From NCBI GenBank assembly GCA_963662435.1, contig OY759598.1:1582507-1646506 (forward strand): 64,000 nucleotides of DNA, written 5' to 3'. This document shows positions 63,203 through 64,000 of this stretch, one piece after another. Both the position numbers and the translations under genes were made by a program. A model generated the notes under the pieces. The model ran no database searches, was not told where the DNA came from, and was given only the letters and a program-made list of their open reading frames with translations. Every line of letters starts with the position of its first letter. Within the stretch, counting starts at the first letter, position 1. The stretch comes from Dehalococcoidia bacterium. GTDB taxonomy: Bacteria; Chloroflexota; Dehalococcoidia; Lucifugimonadales; VXLM01.

Positions 63203-64000
63203 CTACGGCATTCGCCCGAACCAAAGCAGCGACAGAGCGCTTCCGGCGAGGAGTATCAGCGCACTCACCCCTCCCAAGGTGGACGTTATCTCAACCTCTC
63301 GGGGCTCGACGATGAATTCGGTCTCCAGCTTCCTGTAGACCGACGGCACGTTATCCATATCCTCTATCTTGAAGTAGATACCCTCGGTCAGTGACGCAAT
63401 TTCCTCCAGGATGGGCTCATTCAGACTGGTGAAGAGGTTGAATCCGTCAACTTCAATGACCGTTCCTTCCGAAGTGCCCAGTCCAACCGTGTGGACACGA
63501 ACGCCCCTCTCGATTGCCATCTGCGCGACATCGAGAGGTTCGGGGTCTTCCGTATTCTCTCCGTCCGTTAGCAGCACGATTACGGCGGGTGCCAGGGCGC
63601 GTGCAGTTTCTTGATCCGGGGCATCATTCTCAGTGCCATTGCCGGCGTCCGCCGTGACCAAGTCCAGTGCGGTGAGAATCCCTCTTCCAAGGGACGTCCC
63701 AGTCTGGGGGACCAGACGGTTGATAGTAGCGTACAGTTCCTCGTCATCGTCGGTAGGCGGCTGCACGACGAGTCCACCCTCTCCAAAGGCCACGGCTCCT
63801 ATCTTGGCACCTGCAGGTCGCCCGTCGACGAGTGTTCTCGCAACCTCCTTTGCTGCGTCGATCCTGGAAGGCTCGACATCTTCGGCGGCCATGCTGGCCG
63901 AAACGTCAAACGCCAGCACGACTGTGCCCTCCATCCGCGGCAACGGGAGTGTAAGCATCGGTCGGGCCGAAGCTAGTGCCAAGAGCGCTATGCCAAACAA
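63203..64000 (-). CDS. VWA domain membrane protein (BatA-like), 5' truncated by window
   Basis: MIDAS DVSAS, LLTDGE, VHTVGLG. Confidence 0.88.
   Translation of the reverse strand: MFGIALLALASARPMLTLPLPRMEGTVVLAFDVSASMAAEDVEPSRIDAAKEVARTLVDGRPAGAKIGAVAFGEGGLVVQPPTDDDEELYATINRLVPQTGTSLGRGILTALDLVTADAGNGTENDAPDQETARALAPAVIVLLTDGENTEDPEPLDVAQMAIERGVRVHTVGLGTSEGTVIEVDGFNLFTSLNEPILEEIASLTEGIYFKIEDMDNVPSVYRKLETEFIVEPREVEITSTLGGVSALILLAGSALSLLWFGRMP

Noticed and set aside
62125..64000. VWA genes as integrin I-domain partners of the FG-GAP/thioester pair
   Set aside because: Opposite strand and typical BatA-like genes of MoxR/DUF58 operons; adjacency is probably coincidental

Overview
GC-rich bacterial chromosomal window; gene content and style suggest Chloroflexota (Dehalococcoidia/SAR202-like), possibly host-associated (inference). 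It opens with a pyrimidine operon (pyrR end, pyrB, NUDIX, pyrC, carA, small ORF, HAD, carB). Next is a repeat-dense island: a solitary terminase-small-subunit-like gene with a near-consensus, probably leaderless promoter, flanked by arrays of a 14-bp motif and IS630-type ends and abutting an intact frameshifted IS630. The middle holds many catabolic enzymes, an ino1-pimA-like-PIP synthase cluster, an AT-rich Abi-type reverse transcriptase with an in-frame TAA at codon 49, a sugar-catabolism cluster and a fused four-domain ABC exporter. The end encodes a secreted protein with 28 FG-GAP repeats followed by an animal-type thioester protein (GCGEQ; A2M/CD109/TEP-like) fused to plant-type LRRs and interrupted by an intact IS5, then two VWA genes. 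Intergenic spaces are filled with REP-like palindromes and nested MITEs. I recognised no rRNA, tRNA or CRISPR array.
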